The translations under genes and the position numbers were made by a program. A stretch of 64,000 bases of DNA from assembly GCA_020853525.1 (NCBI GenBank), contig JADYYS010000067.1, positions 1,319 through 65,318 on the forward strand, read 5' to 3'. This DNA comes from Ardenticatenales bacterium. Lineage in GTDB: Bacteria; Chloroflexota; Anaerolineae; Epilineales; Epilineaceae. Positions within the stretch are counted from its first letter, which is position 1; every line of letters starts with the position of its first letter. A model generated the notes under the pieces. The model was not told where the DNA came from. It made no database searches and was given only the letters and a program-made list of their open reading frames with translations. Below are positions 52,162 through 62,190 of the stretch, piece by piece.

Positions 52162-53649
52162 ATGACACTGCACCGAACGCGCCCGATCCGCAGCGCCCTC
52201 TCCCTCGCCCTCTCCCTCGCCCTCTCCACCGCCCTCTCCACCGCCTTCGCCATCGCGTTGTCCCTCGCCCTCGCCCTACCCGCCGCCCGCGTCGCCCACG
52301 CCCACGGCCCCGATGTGCTCGACGTCAGCGCGCGCAACATCGCACCAAGCGACATCGACGTCCAGACCAGCGACGCACAGGCCGCCGACCCGCCGATCCC
52401 CGCCACGACGTCCCTCGCGACGTGGCGCTACAACCACGACGCCCACCGCGGCGCCTACCGCCTGTCGAGCGGCGCCGCCGGCACGAACCTGGCCGACGTT
52501 CAGCAGCTCTGGTTCGATGCCGCCAGCATCTTCGTCCGCGCCTCCGGCATCCCGGCCTACGACATCGGCCCGTTCGCCGACGGCAATCCGAACGTGCCGG
52601 GCGAGCAGGACTACGTCTACCGCCTGCCGCTGGACGCCGCCTTGGAGACCGGCACACCCCGCGCCACGGGGCTCGGCAGCATCGGGACGTTCGTGAACGG
52701 CGTGCCGATCTACAACGCGCTCGACGCCTGGTCGTACAGCGCCGCGGCGGGGCGCGACGCGCCGAACATGGGCGGCATGGGCGGGCAGCGGGGCGACCGC
52801 ATCTGGAACCGCAACGCCGCGCTGGCGGAGCGGCGCGGGTTCGACGCCTGCCTCGGCCACCCTGCCCGCGGACAGGCACAGGGCGCCGGCGCCGCCAACG
52901 GCCGCTACCACCACCACATCGACCCGACCTGCCTGCGCGCCGCCCTCGGCGACGACGACGTGATGCGCCACTCGCCGATCATCGGCTGGGCGTTCGACGG
53001 GTTCCCGCTCTACGGTCCTTACGGCTACGCCGACGCGAACGACGCATCGAGCACCGTCCGCCGGATGCGCTCGAGCTACCGCCCGCGGGACATCGCCGCC
53101 CGCACGACCCTGGCCGACGGCTCGGCCGTGCCCGCCGCGCAAACCGGCCCGCCCGTCGGCGGCGCGTTCCCGCTGGGCTGGTACGTCGAGGACTTCACGT
53201 TCGCCGCAGGCTCGGGCGACCTCGACGCCTTCAACGGGCGCTGGACCCGCACGCCGGAGTTCCCGGACGGCATCTACGCCTACTTCACCACGCTCGACGA
53301 CGCCGGCGAGCCCGCCTACCCCTACCTCATCGGCCCGCGCTACCGCGGCCGCGTGGCTGCCGACAACCTCGGGCCGGGCGGGCGCGTGGTGGTACCGACG
53401 GGCGCCGCGACGTTCGTTCCGCCGGTTGCGACGGACGTGCCCCGCAACGCGACGGCGGGCCCGAGCCCGTCGTCGACCGGTGCGCCGTCCGCTGAGCCGA
53501 CGCCGACGAAGCCGCCGACGACTGCGCCCACCGCCGCCATCCCAACAGCGACGACCGCTTCACCCATCGTCCCGTGCTACCTGCCGTGGGCCGGCCGGCT
53601 CCCGTCGGCCGGAGTCGAGGCGCGTCAGCGCTCCGCCGCGATCAGGTAA
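52162..53649 (+). CDS. Secreted YHYH-domain protein with a Pro/Thr-rich C-terminal tail
   Basis: A signal peptide is present ([26 protein letters not shown]). The hallmark motifs GRYHHHIDP and [15 protein letters not shown] are present. The start is at 52162 within track ORF 51697..53649. Confidence 0.85.
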   Translation: MTLHRTRPIRSALSLALSLALSTALSTAFAIALSLALALPAARVAHAHGPDVLDVSARNIAPSDIDVQTSDAQAADPPIPATTSLATWRYNHDAHRGAYRLSSGAAGTNLADVQQLWFDAASIFVRASGIPAYDIGPFADGNPNVPGEQDYVYRLPLDAALETGTPRATGLGSIGTFVNGVPIYNALDAWSYSAAAGRDAPNMGGMGGQRGDRIWNRNAALAERRGFDACLGHPARGQAQGAGAANGRYHHHIDPTCLRAALGDDDVMRHSPIIGWAFDGFPLYGPYGYADANDASSTVRRMRSSYRPRDIAARTTLADGSAVPAAQTGPPVGGAFPLGWYVEDFTFAAGSGDLDAFNGRWTRTPEFPDGIYAYFTTLDDAGEPAYPYLIGPRYRGRVAADNLGPGGRVVVPTGAATFVPPVATDVPRNATAGPSPSSTGAPSAEPTPTKPPTTAPTAAIPTATTASPIVPCYLPWAGRLPSAGVEARQRSAAIR

Positions 53650-56042
53650 GCCCCGCTCACCGGATCCCGTCCGACGGCGATCATCGCCCGCCGGATCGCC
53701 GACGTCACCGTGCCGCCGGCCGACAGCTCGGCCACGAGCTCGAGCGTGGCCCGATCCGTGTGGCCGGCCGAGACCTCGTCGCTCCAGCCGATGACCGCCC
53801 GCGCCCCGCGGGCCAGGAATGCCTCGCTCATCGCCACGCCGCGCAGGCTGTCGCAGCCCATCAGAACCACCACGGCATCGTCGCGGAACGAACCGTCGAG
53901 GTGGTCGCGGATGAACGTCGCGCCGAGGCCGTTGTAGGGCCGCGGGTCCGAGCCGACGGTGCGCCGGACGGGCACGAGGGCGCCGATCTCGGCCGGCGTC
54001 AGGCGGGTCGCCGGTGGGTTCGACCCCGTCCCCGGCGATGCGGGCAACATGGGCCACGACGGCGACGGACCCTGGACCAGCCCCGTCACGGCGAAGCGGC
54101 TCAGATCGACCGGCTCGTTCGTGAACAGCGCCACGTCGTCCGTCCAGCGGCCGTCGTCCACGATCAGCGCCGAGTGGACCCGCAGCACGATGAGCGAAGC
54201 GCCGTCCGCCGGCAGCGACCGGAAACGGCCGACCGTCGCCTCGTCCGACGGCACGACCCGCAGGTCGCTGCCCGCGCCCCCGATCACCGCCGCGAGGTCG
54301 CGTTGGAACCGCGAGCCCGGCTGGATCGCGCCGAGCTGATCGACAAGAAGCACCCGCGGCGCGCTCTCCGGACGCCCGCGCCGCGCCCCGGCGAACTGCG
54401 CGACGTGCCCGAGGAGCCGACGGATCAGCGTCTCCCCGCCCGCCGCCAGCGGCACGAGGGCGCCCATGGACATCCCGCCCACCATGACGGGCGGCTCGTG
54501 CGGCGGGCCGTGGCGCGCCGGCGGGTCGGTCGGACCGAACGGCGGGCCGGGAACGATCGGCACGCACCGCGGCGGACAGCGGGGCGTGCTCGTCGGCGTC
54601 GACGTGGCGGTCAAGGTGACCGTCGGTGTGCGCGTCGCCGTCCGGGTTGCGGTCGGCGTGCGCGTCGGCGTCGGCGTGGACGTCCGCGTCGCCGTCCGCG
54701 TTGCCGTCGACGTGCGGGTCGCCGTCGGGGTGAACGTCGGAGTTGCCGTCGGCGTCAGGGTACGCGTGGCGGTCGGCGTCCGCGTTGGCGTAGCGGTTCG
54801 CGTGGCGGTCGGCGTGCGGGTGAGGGTTGACGTCGACGTCGGGGTGACGGTCGGCGACAACGTGGGCGTTCGCGTCGGGGTGACGGTCGCGGTCGGCGTC
54901 CGCGTCGGCGTGCTGGAAGGTGTCGGCGTCCGCGTCCGTGTCGGCGTCGACGTGGACGTGCGCGTCGCGGTCGGCGATAGGGTCGGGGTGCGCGTCGGCG
55001 TCCGGGTGGAGGTGGCCGTGCGCGTGGGCGTCGGCGTGACGGTGGGCGTCAACGTGCGCGTGGACGTCGGTGTGCGGGTGGGCGTCAACGTGCGCGTGGG
55101 TGTCGCCGTGCGCGTCGGCGTGTCCGTCGGGGTCGGCGACCACGACGGGGTGGCCGACGGGGTGAACGTCTGCGTCGGCGTCGGCGTGCGCGTCGGGGTG
55201 TTCGACGGCGTCGGCGTGGATGACGCGGTCAACGACGGGGTGGGCGACGGCGTCGGGAGCTGGAGGACGATGCAGTTGCCGTCGTCGATGCGGTCGCAGT
55301 CGGGCGCTTGGTCGAGGTTGTTGTCGTGGAAGTCGGTCGCCCACATCACCCGGAACAGGAGCGGGCTGCCGAGCGCGCTTCGCCGGACGAACATGTCGAC
55401 GTTCGTCCCGGTGATCTCGTAGCCGATGTCGAGGTTCCCCTCGGCCGCCTGCGGACCTCCGGTCCCGGCCGTCCCCGTGCCGAGCACGCGAGTCCACAGT
55501 GAGCTGGCCGGCGCGTTCGTCGTGTACCCCGGCGGGCTCCCGCCGCCCCAGCGCGTCGCGAAGCCGACGTTGGCCAGATCGTCCATCAACGTCAGCTCGC
55601 CAAGTTGGTCGCGGCCGAGCGTCGGGTCGGGCGGCACCGTGCGGTCCTCGAGCATGAGCAGGTACTCGGCGTCGACCATGTTGCCGCCGGACGTCACGCC
55701 GTCGCCGTTCGTGTCGAAGAACCACTTGTAGCGCGCCTCGCCGGTCGGGCCGGTGTTCGGCCAGCCGGCCGGATCGACGTTCTGGAGCCGCAGGTAGAGG
55801 TACTCGGCGTCGACGGCGGCGTAGGCGCGGAAGACGTTGCGGTGATCACCGCAACCCGGCTCGTCGGGGTCGGTGCCGATGGACGTCCAGATGGCCGGCC
55901 AACCGACGAATTGCCGGCGAGCGGCGCTGGACAGGTTCGCCGTCCGGGCATTCGCCAGGCCGATCATGGCTGCAACCACGGATACGCAGGCGATGACCAC
56001 TCCGGTCGGACCGATCCAACGGTGCACGCCGCGTCCTCCCAT
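53625..56042 (-). CDS. Secreted protein. It has an N-terminal ~230-aa conserved domain paralogous to the N-terminus of the 11234..18205 giant protein, a ~200-aa Thr/Pro linker, and a C-terminal putative caspase-fold (clan CD, C25/C11/C13-like) cysteine peptidase-like domain
   Basis: The N-domain [85 protein letters not shown] aligns residue-by-residue with giant protein 2. The linker reads [28 protein letters not shown]... The C-terminus has a His strand [12 protein letters not shown] and a Cys strand [12 protein letters not shown] reminiscent of a caspase-like dyad. The start is chosen at [26 protein letters not shown] (56042). Confidence 0.7.
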   Translation of the reverse strand: MGGRGVHRWIGPTGVVIACVSVVAAMIGLANARTANLSSAARRQFVGWPAIWTSIGTDPDEPGCGDHRNVFRAYAAVDAEYLYLRLQNVDPAGWPNTGPTGEARYKWFFDTNGDGVTSGGNMVDAEYLLMLEDRTVPPDPTLGRDQLGELTLMDDLANVGFATRWGGGSPPGYTTNAPASSLWTRVLGTGTAGTGGPQAAEGNLDIGYEITGTNVDMFVRRSALGSPLLFRVMWATDFHDNNLDQAPDCDRIDDGNCIVLQLPTPSPTPSLTASSTPTPSNTPTRTPTPTQTFTPSATPSWSPTPTDTPTRTATPTRTLTPTRTPTSTRTLTPTVTPTPTRTATSTRTPTRTPTLSPTATRTSTSTPTRTRTPTPSSTPTRTPTATVTPTRTPTLSPTVTPTSTSTLTRTPTATRTATPTRTPTATRTLTPTATPTFTPTATRTSTATRTATRTSTPTPTRTPTATRTATRTPTVTLTATSTPTSTPRCPPRCVPIVPGPPFGPTDPPARHGPPHEPPVMVGGMSMGALVPLAAGGETLIRRLLGHVAQFAGARRGRPESAPRVLLVDQLGAIQPGSRFQRDLAAVIGGAGSDLRVVPSDEATVGRFRSLPADGASLIVLRVHSALIVDDGRWTDDVALFTNEPVDLSRFAVTGLVQGPSPSWPMLPASPGTGSNPPATRLTPAEIGALVPVRRTVGSDPRPYNGLGATFIRDHLDGSFRDDAVVVLMGCDSLRGVAMSEAFLARGARAVIGWSDEVSAGHTDRATLELVAELSAGGTVTSAIRRAMIAVGRDPVSGAYLIAAER

Positions 56043-56299
56043 GTCGATCACCCCGGGACAGCAGGGCGGTCGGATCGCCAGCATAACACAAAAATAACCA
56101 CCGGCGCAAGCGGTCATCCAAGCCGATTCCAACGCACGCCAGGAACGCCCGTGCGGTCGCATGGTGCCGGCCGCGTGTTCGCCGCGGCCACACCAATCAT
56201 CGCCGCCCGGTGTCGCGTATCACCACTGAATCACCCATGCGGCCTCCGACTCGCCGGACCGGCCGCACCCCACAGTGATGAGACATTCGGAGGATTGCC

Positions 56300-56992
56300 A
56301 TGCGCAGGTTCGGATTCGTTGTGGTCTTGACGGCTCTCTTTGTGTCCGGTTTGGCCAGCACCGCGTTTGCCCAGGGCGGCGGACGGGGCGGGCCCGGCGG
56401 CGGCGGCGGCCGCGGCCCGCGCCAGCCCGACGCCTGCGCCACCATCGCCAAGGCCGTGCACGACGCCTGTCCGTGCAACGGTGCCGACGGCAGCGGCTGG
56501 GCCGATCACGCCAGCTACGTGACGTGCGTCGAGAACGCCGCCGCGGCGGCCGTTGCCGCCGGCGGCGCGCAGGAGTGCGCCGACAAGATCGTCGCGCGCG
56601 CCGACAAGCGCCCCATCGGCACCGACGGCTTCACGTGCCCGACGGCGCCGAGCGGTCCCGGCGAGCGCCCCGGCAAGCCCGGCCGCCCCGGCCATCCCGG
56701 TCGCCCGGGCGAGCCCGGCGCACCGCGCCCGGTGGAGGCGTGCCAGGTCGTCGCCAAGGCCGTCCACGCGGCGTGCCCGTGCAACGGCGTCGACGGCAAC
56801 GGGTGGACGGACCACGCCGCGTACACGGAATGCGTCCGGAACGCGGCAGCGGCGGCAGTCGCGGCCGGCGGCTCGCAGGAATGCGCCGACAAGGCGATCG
56901 AGCGTGCCGACAAGAGCCCCATCGGCACGGAAGGTTTCCAGTGCCCGGCAGAGGGCGGTCGCGGTCCCCGCAAGCCAGGCGGCGGCCAGTAG
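56300..56992 (+). CDS. Small secreted protein with two tandem ~75-aa six-cysteine modules separated by a collagen-like (G-X-Y)8 spacer and Gly-rich termini
   Basis: A signal peptide is present (MRRFGFVVVLTALFVSGLASTAFA). The two modules read CATIAKAVHDACPCNGADGSGWADHASYVTCVENAAAAAVAAGGAQECADKIVARADKRPIGTDGFTCP and CQVVAKAVHAACPCNGVDGNGWTDHAAYTECVRNAAAAAVAAGGSQECADKAIERADKSPIGTEGFQCP. The spacer reads GPGERPGKPGRPGHPGRPGEPGAP. A GGAGGA Shine-Dalgarno-like motif precedes the ATG. Confidence 0.7.
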   Translation: MRRFGFVVVLTALFVSGLASTAFAQGGGRGGPGGGGGRGPRQPDACATIAKAVHDACPCNGADGSGWADHASYVTCVENAAAAAVAAGGAQECADKIVARADKRPIGTDGFTCPTAPSGPGERPGKPGRPGHPGRPGEPGAPRPVEACQVVAKAVHAACPCNGVDGNGWTDHAAYTECVRNAAAAAVAAGGSQECADKAIERADKSPIGTEGFQCPAEGGRGPRKPGGGQ

Positions 56993-57026
56993 GCCTCGGC
57001 GCCACGCGGCGGAACGGTTCGTCCGC

Positions 57027-57065
57027 AACCAGCAGCCTCCGGCGTGATGCCGGAGGCTGCTGGTT
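57027..57065 (+). terminator. Strong 17-bp stem hairpin (AACCAGCAGCCTCCGGC-gtgat-GCCGGAGGCTGCTGGTT) downstream of the Cys-rich protein gene, with a weak U-tract
   Basis: The hairpin is read from the sequence and lies 35 nt after the stop at 56992. Confidence 0.45.
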
Positions 57066-57354
57066 CATTCCGCCTGACGGCGTTGCGCGGCCCGCTTTCC
57101 CGAACGCCCAACACTCCCCCATCCCGCTCCCGACGCTTGGCCGTGCGCCAGGCGTCGTCGCATACCGCCGAGCTTGCCTCGCCTACCCTGGGCGCATGGC
57201 ACGACGTTAAGCTCGGTACCCCCGGATCGGCCGGGCCTCGGCCCCGTGGCGACCCCGTCGACCCGTCCTCCCTCCGGCCTTCGGCACCGCGCGTACGGTC
57301 ACGGACCGGGAGCGCGGCGGGCCAATCATTCGGCACGCTCCATGCGTACCATCC

Positions 57355-58056
57355 GTGAGCATGCGCGACATGCAGCCTTCCGATCAGCCGGACATCCAGC
57401 ACCTGATCGCACGCGCCAGGCAAGGCGACGAAGCGGCGCTGCGCTGGCTGTACGAGACGCACAGGACGCGCATCCACCGCCTTGCCGTCACCCTGCTGGG
57501 GGATGGGGACGAGGCCGACGATGTCGTGCAGGACGTGATGATCTACGCGCTACGAAACCTCGATCGCTACCAGAGCGAACGCGCCGCGTTCGGGACGTGG
57601 CTGCACACCGTGACGGTGAGCCGGTGCCGCGACCGCGGCCGGCGCGCCCGTCGCGGCGCTGCCGGCCTCCGCGCGTGGTGGTCGAGCAACGGCGAGGAAG
57701 CGGTCGACCCGGAGGACAACGTGGCGCGGATCGACGCGCACGGCGCCCTCGGACCGGCGCTGGCCAGCCTGACGCCGCTTCAACGGGAGGCGTTGGCGCT
57801 GCGTGCGGTGTCCGAGCTCAGCTTCCAGGAGATCGGCGATGCCCTCGGCATCCCGCTGCGGACGGCCCAGACGCGCGTCACCGGCGCCATCGCGGCGCTC
57901 CGCCGCGCACTGTCGGCCCATTCCGCCCCACCCACGGCCGCCGCACCCACCCCCTCCCACGTCGCCCCCCCGCCCACTCGGCCGCCCGAGCCGTCCGCTT
58001 CGCGCGGCCGCAGCTCCCGTATGCCCGGGCCCGTCCGGCCGGAAGACGCCCGATGA
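57355..58056 (+). CDS. ECF-family RNA polymerase sigma factor (sigma-70 regions 2 and 4)
   Basis: Region 2 reads ALRWLYETHRTRIHRLAVTLLGDGDEADDVVQDVMIYALRNLDRY. Region 4 reads LQREALALRAVSELSFQEIGDALGIPLRTAQTRV. The exact start (GTG 57355, ATG 57361 or ATG 57370) is uncertain. Confidence 0.9.
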   Translation: MSMRDMQPSDQPDIQHLIARARQGDEAALRWLYETHRTRIHRLAVTLLGDGDEADDVVQDVMIYALRNLDRYQSERAAFGTWLHTVTVSRCRDRGRRARRGAAGLRAWWSSNGEEAVDPEDNVARIDAHGALGPALASLTPLQREALALRAVSELSFQEIGDALGIPLRTAQTRVTGAIAALRRALSAHSAPPTAAAPTPSHVAPPPTRPPEPSASRGRSSRMPGPVRPEDAR

Positions 58057-59105
58057 GCGCTCCCTCCGCCACGCACCTCACGCACGATCAGGCGCAGGAC
58101 TACGTCTTCGGCGTGCTCGACGATCGCGCCCGCGCCGATGTGGCCGCCCATGTGGCCCGGTGCGCTGCGTGCGCGGCGACCGTCACCCGGTTCGACCGCG
58201 AGCAGGCGGCGCTGTTCGAGCTGATGCGGGCCGCCGCCAGCGCCCGCCCGCCCGACCGTGCCACGGAGTGGTCAGCCGTTCGTGACCGGATCGTCGCGCC
58301 GCGGCACCGCTTCGGGTGGGCATGGGGTTGGGCGGCCGGCACGATCGGTGGGCTCTCGGCGCCCTTCCTCTTCGCGGTGGGCGTCGCCTCGGCCGCTGGC
58401 GTCAGCTATGCCGCGCTGCCCCCGGTCCGCCACGCCGTCGACCGCGTGCTCGGAATCGCGGCGGCAACGCCCGCGCCGACGCTCGCCCCCGCGACGGAGG
58501 CGACGGCTGTCGCCGACGATCCGGCCACGGCGACGTCGACCACCACCCCGACACCGGCCGTCGACATCGGCGCGCCGTCCATGGACGATGCGGACCGCGA
58601 CGACGGAGCCCCGCCCCAGCGCGAGGTTGCCGGGTCACCGACCGCGCTGTCGCTGCTCACGCCGATCCCGACGGCCTCAGCTTCCCCCGTCGCGACCGCA
58701 ACGGGCTCGTCCGCCAACCCGGCGTTCGGCTCCGGCGGCGCGCCCGCTGCCGCGACGACCATCCCGGCTTCCCCCGCACCGAACCCGACCACGGGCGTCC
58801 AAGTGCCGCCCGGTGGGCCGACGCCGCCGGTTCGCCCCACGCCCGACCGCGATGGGCGGGGGGGCCGCGGCGGGCCGGGCGGCGGCCGTCTGCCGCTCCC
58901 GCCGCCACCGGGCGGCCAACCAGGACCGGGACCGGGACCCGGCCCCGGCCCACGCCCGACCGAAGGCGGCGGCCCCCCGCCCGGTCCGACGCCGAGCGCC
59001 AACGAGACGCCGGGTCGGCGCGACCGGGGGCCGGGCCGCCGCGGGCACGATCGGCCGCCCGATGGGACGCGCGGCGAACGAACGCCGGAGCCGGAGCGCC
59101 CGTAG
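58053..59105 (+). CDS. Anti-sigma factor (zf-HC2 type) with one TM segment and a long Pro/Gly/Thr-rich extracytoplasmic tail
   Basis: The zinc-finger anti-sigma motif HVARCAACAATV is present. The ATG overlaps the sigma-factor stop (ATGA at 58053-58056). The TM segment reads WAAGTIGGLSAPFLFAVGVASAAGV. Confidence 0.8.
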   Translation: MSAPSATHLTHDQAQDYVFGVLDDRARADVAAHVARCAACAATVTRFDREQAALFELMRAAASARPPDRATEWSAVRDRIVAPRHRFGWAWGWAAGTIGGLSAPFLFAVGVASAAGVSYAALPPVRHAVDRVLGIAAATPAPTLAPATEATAVADDPATATSTTTPTPAVDIGAPSMDDADRDDGAPPQREVAGSPTALSLLTPIPTASASPVATATGSSANPAFGSGGAPAAATTIPASPAPNPTTGVQVPPGGPTPPVRPTPDRDGRGGRGGPGGGRLPLPPPPGGQPGPGPGPGPGPRPTEGGGPPPGPTPSANETPGRRDRGPGRRGHDRPPDGTRGERTPEPERP

Positions 59106-59162
59106 CCGCGCGTCGAGAATCCGAAGGCGCGCGCCTCCCGCCGACCCGCCGCACCCCCTCCC

Positions 59163-60401
59163 TTACCGCACCCGCCCATCCCGCCGTGCGACCGGCAGGT
59201 AGACGACCGATTTCGCCGCCGCGTCCGGTGTCGGCGCGCCCGTCGGCGGGGCCGCGATCGGTGTCGGTTCCGGCGTGGCGGGGTCATCGGTGGACGTCGG
59301 CGGCACGGGGGACGGCGGCGAGAACGTCGGTGTCGTCGTCGATGTCGACAACATCGTCGGCGTCGGCGACGGGGCGATCGGCAGCGGCGCTGTCGGATCC
59401 CCGCCCGGCTGGCGCGCCTGCCCCGAGTTCGGGTCGACCATCAGGCCCGAAACGTCGACGGCCTCGAAGGCGCTGCCCGGGATCTGGCGCAGGCGTTGGA
59501 GGACATCATTGTCCCAGCGCTCGTCGGGCACGCCGGACAGGAACCACGGGCTGCCGTTGTCGGCGTTGATCATGCCGTAGCGCTTGAGGGCGCGCAGGAT
59601 CACCTGCAGCTCGGGCGGGTAGGCACGGACGTCGAAGCCGGCCTTGAGGCGCATCCGCAGCCCCATCGGCGGCAGGTTGGGATCGGACGATCGGCTGGCG
59701 AAGTGGCGACCCGGCCAGAGGTAGAGGCGCTGCGTCTGCGGCACCGTGAAGCGGATCGCGTGCCCGATCTCGCCCGACGCGACCTCGTCGTAGCGCACGA
59801 GACCGGGAAGGATCGGCAGGCCGGCGGCATCGGCCGACGTCCAGCCGTCCGGTCGGAGGGCATGGCTGGAGAGATCGAAGATCGCCCCCGAGCCCGCCTT
59901 CCAGCTGCCGTCCGGCTGCGGATGGGCGGCATACAACTCGTAGAGCATGCACCGGTCGCGGTCGAGCATGAGGATGTGCCGATCGCCGTCCGCGTTCGGG
60001 CCGCCTTCGATCGGGGCGTTGCGCGGCACGGGGTACGGCCCGGGGTCGCTCTCGTCGTCGTACTCGAACGCGACCGGCACACGCGCCTGATCGCCCGGCA
60101 CGATCACATACGGGATGCCGATCGGGCCGCCGTTCCAGAGGCCGCTGCCGAAATCGGCCTTCAGCTTGGCCTCGGACCCGATCGCGCGCACCCACGCATC
60201 CGAGCTGCGGTGCACCGGCAGCGTGTCGACTGGGGTGTTCCAGATGTTGTCGCCCGGCAGCATCGGACAGCCGGCGATGATGGGCGGGGCGGCGACGGCC
60301 GTCGTGGGGCGCAAGAGCGCCGCGGCGAGGGCGACGCACGCCGCGAGGGCGACGCGCGTTGCGTGCGGGCGAACCGAATCGGCGGGGCGGGCGCAGGCCA
60401 T
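59163..60401 (-). CDS. Secreted hypothetical protein with a Thr/Pro-rich C-terminal tail
   Basis: A signal peptide is present (MACARPADSVRPHATRVALAACVALAAALL). The globular domain (GCPMLPGDNIWNTPVD..WNGGPIGIPYVIVP..) has no family that I recognise. The C-terminal PSPTPTMLSTSTTTPTFSPPSPVPPTSTDDPATPEPTP linker resembles those of the giant proteins. Confidence 0.6.
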   Translation of the reverse strand: MACARPADSVRPHATRVALAACVALAAALLRPTTAVAAPPIIAGCPMLPGDNIWNTPVDTLPVHRSSDAWVRAIGSEAKLKADFGSGLWNGGPIGIPYVIVPGDQARVPVAFEYDDESDPGPYPVPRNAPIEGGPNADGDRHILMLDRDRCMLYELYAAHPQPDGSWKAGSGAIFDLSSHALRPDGWTSADAAGLPILPGLVRYDEVASGEIGHAIRFTVPQTQRLYLWPGRHFASRSSDPNLPPMGLRMRLKAGFDVRAYPPELQVILRALKRYGMINADNGSPWFLSGVPDERWDNDVLQRLRQIPGSAFEAVDVSGLMVDPNSGQARQPGGDPTAPLPIAPSPTPTMLSTSTTTPTFSPPSPVPPTSTDDPATPEPTPIAAPPTGAPTPDAAAKSVVYLPVARRDGRVR

Positions 60402-60497
60402 CGGCGGCTCCTGTGGGGTGTGGGGGGATAATAGGAGGACGCAGTTCGTTCGTCACCGATGCGCCGCTCGGCCGCGCGCCACCGATCCGGATCCCCG

Positions 60498-61616
60498 ATG
60501 CCCGCCTCCAACCCCGCGTTTCTCGAAACGATCTTCCGCGCCCATGACGTCGATCTGGCCCGCGGCCCGCTCTTCGACCGGGCGCCCGGTCCGACGTCGC
60601 CCGACCCGTCGTTCGACCGCGCCGCAGGCATGCTGCTCGGGCTGGCGATCGGCGACGCCCTTGGCCATCCGGTGGCCGCGACGCCGCCGGCCGAACGCGC
60701 CGCCCGGTGGGGCGAGGTGCGCGACTACGTGCCCAACGTCCACGCCGGCGGCGCCGCGCTCGGCCTGCCGTCGTCGTTGACGCAGCTCGCGTTCTGGATG
60801 CTCGAGAGCGTCGTGGCCGCCGGCCGCTTCCATCCCAAGCGCGTCGTCGATCGCTGGAGCGAGCGGCCCCTGTTCGGCGCCGGCACCACGGTCCGCGATG
60901 CCCTGCGCGAGGTGCGCGGCGGCGTGCCGTGGCACCGCTGCGGCCGCAAGTCGGCCGGCGCCGGCCCGGCGGCGCGGGTCGCCCCGCTGCTCCTGCCCCA
61001 CCTCGCCGGCCAGAGCGCCGACGTCTGGGCGGATGTCGCCCTGTGCACGCTGGCCACGCACAACGACTCGGCCGCGCTGGCGGGCGCGCTCGGCATCACG
61101 GCCGTGCTGCAAGGCAGCCTCGCGTCCGGCGGCGCCGAAGCCGGGCCGGCGCGTCCCCCGGCCGGGTGGTGGGCCGACACGTTCGTCGACGCCATCCGCG
61201 GCGTCGAGGTCGAGCCGTTCTACACGGTCGCCGTCCCAGGCGAGGCGGTGTGGACCGGCCGGCTCGGTCAGCGCGTCGGTGCCACCGTGCCGGCCGGCCT
61301 GGGCGATGGCCTCACCGTCGCCGACGCCGCGAGGCGCTGGGGCAGCGGCGCATACGCGCTCGAGGCGATCCCGATCGCCCTGTTCATCCTGGCCCGCCAT
61401 GCGGACGATCCCGAGGCCGCCCTCGTCCGCGCCGTGAACGACACCGCGGCGAGCGACGTCGTCGGCGCGATCGTCGGCGCGTGCGTGGGGGCGCTGCACG
61501 GAGCGGGGGCGTGGCCGGAGCGGTGGGTGGCGGGGCTGAGCGGGCGGACGGCCGCGGCGGACGACGGGCGGGTGTTCGCGATCATCGAGGCGGCGCGGGG
61601 GCGGTGGGGAGGGTGA
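60498..61616 (+). CDS. ADP-ribosylglycohydrolase family protein
   Basis: The protein reads AAGMLLGLAIGDALGHPVA and the C-terminal ADDPEAALVRAVNDTAASDVVGAIVGACVGALHGAGAWP is typical of the DraG/ARH fold. The start may be 60459 or 60498. Confidence 0.8.
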   Translation: MPASNPAFLETIFRAHDVDLARGPLFDRAPGPTSPDPSFDRAAGMLLGLAIGDALGHPVAATPPAERAARWGEVRDYVPNVHAGGAALGLPSSLTQLAFWMLESVVAAGRFHPKRVVDRWSERPLFGAGTTVRDALREVRGGVPWHRCGRKSAGAGPAARVAPLLLPHLAGQSADVWADVALCTLATHNDSAALAGALGITAVLQGSLASGGAEAGPARPPAGWWADTFVDAIRGVEVEPFYTVAVPGEAVWTGRLGQRVGATVPAGLGDGLTVADAARRWGSGAYALEAIPIALFILARHADDPEAALVRAVNDTAASDVVGAIVGACVGALHGAGAWPERWVAGLSGRTAAADDGRVFAIIEAARGRWGG

Positions 61617-61767
61617 GGAACACCTCGGACCCGGTCTTCCGGTGCCGGGGTCCGCTGACCTGACTGCAGCTGGCGCGACGTCGTGCCTTCTGGCAACATC
61701 CGTTCGTCCGGCCTGTCGCAGGCCGGGGTGTGGACGCAGTTGCACAAGGAGTGTTCCCGTGAACGTG

Positions 61768-62022
61768 ATGTGGATTCTCGCATGGGTCGTCGTCGGTGCG
61801 ATCGGGGGCTGGCTGGCCGGCTACGTCACCACCAAGAACATGAAGTTCGACTGGGTGGACGTCGTGCTCGGGATGGTCGGCGCGGTCGTCGGCGGCTGGC
61901 TGCTCAGCTTCTTCGGGATCGAGAGCGCGGGGCTCAGCATCGGCTCGATCCTGGCCGCGTTCGTCGGTGCCGTCCTGATCACGTGGCTCTACGGCAAGTT
62001 CATGAAGAAGCAGATCCAGTAA
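61768..62022 (+). CDS. GlsB/YeaQ/YmgE-family small membrane protein (transglycosylase-associated)
   Basis: The protein reads MWILAWVVVGAIGGWLAGYV..VVLGMVGAVVGGWLLSFFG..ILAAFVGAVLITWLYGKF. Confidence 0.75.
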   Translation: MWILAWVVVGAIGGWLAGYVTTKNMKFDWVDVVLGMVGAVVGGWLLSFFGIESAGLSIGSILAAFVGAVLITWLYGKFMKKQIQ

Positions 62023-62095
62023 CCGACGGGCGCTCCGCACCCGAAGCGCCGACTCCGTCACCGGCCCGCATGCGCGCCGGTGGCGAGAGGGCAAA

Positions 62096-62130
62096 GCGAC
62101 GGCGGGCAACCAGATGTTGCCCGCCGTCGC
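62096..62130. terminator. 14-15-bp stem hairpin (GCGACGGCGGGCAAC-cagatg-TTGCCCGCCGTCGC) between convergent genes. Candidate bidirectional terminator
   Basis: The hairpin is read from the sequence and lacks flanking U/A tracts. Confidence 0.35.
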
Positions 62131-62190
62131 TTCGACCACTTGCCCGCCCCAATGGGGCGATTGCCGATCCGATCGCCGATCCTCGCCCGC

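Noticed and set aside
51657-53495. 612-aa plus-strand ORF overlapping vapBC and the YHYH gene in another frame
   Set aside because: The product is Arg/Pro-rich noise. The YHYH frame (52162..53649) and the minus-strand vapBC frames have clear family signatures.
53574-54830. Plus-strand ORFs antisense to the 53625..56042 gene, including the poly-Val/Gly ORF 54466..55422
   Set aside because: The 54466..55422 ORF is the antisense reading of the Thr/Pro linker (GTN codons opposite ACN/CCN). It is not a real Val-rich protein.
57174-59105. 643-aa plus-strand ORF starting far upstream of the anti-sigma factor
   Set aside because: The upstream 290 aa of this frame overlap the ECF sigma gene out of frame. 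The zf-HC2 anti-sigma N-terminus begins at the ATG at 58053, overlapping the sigma stop.
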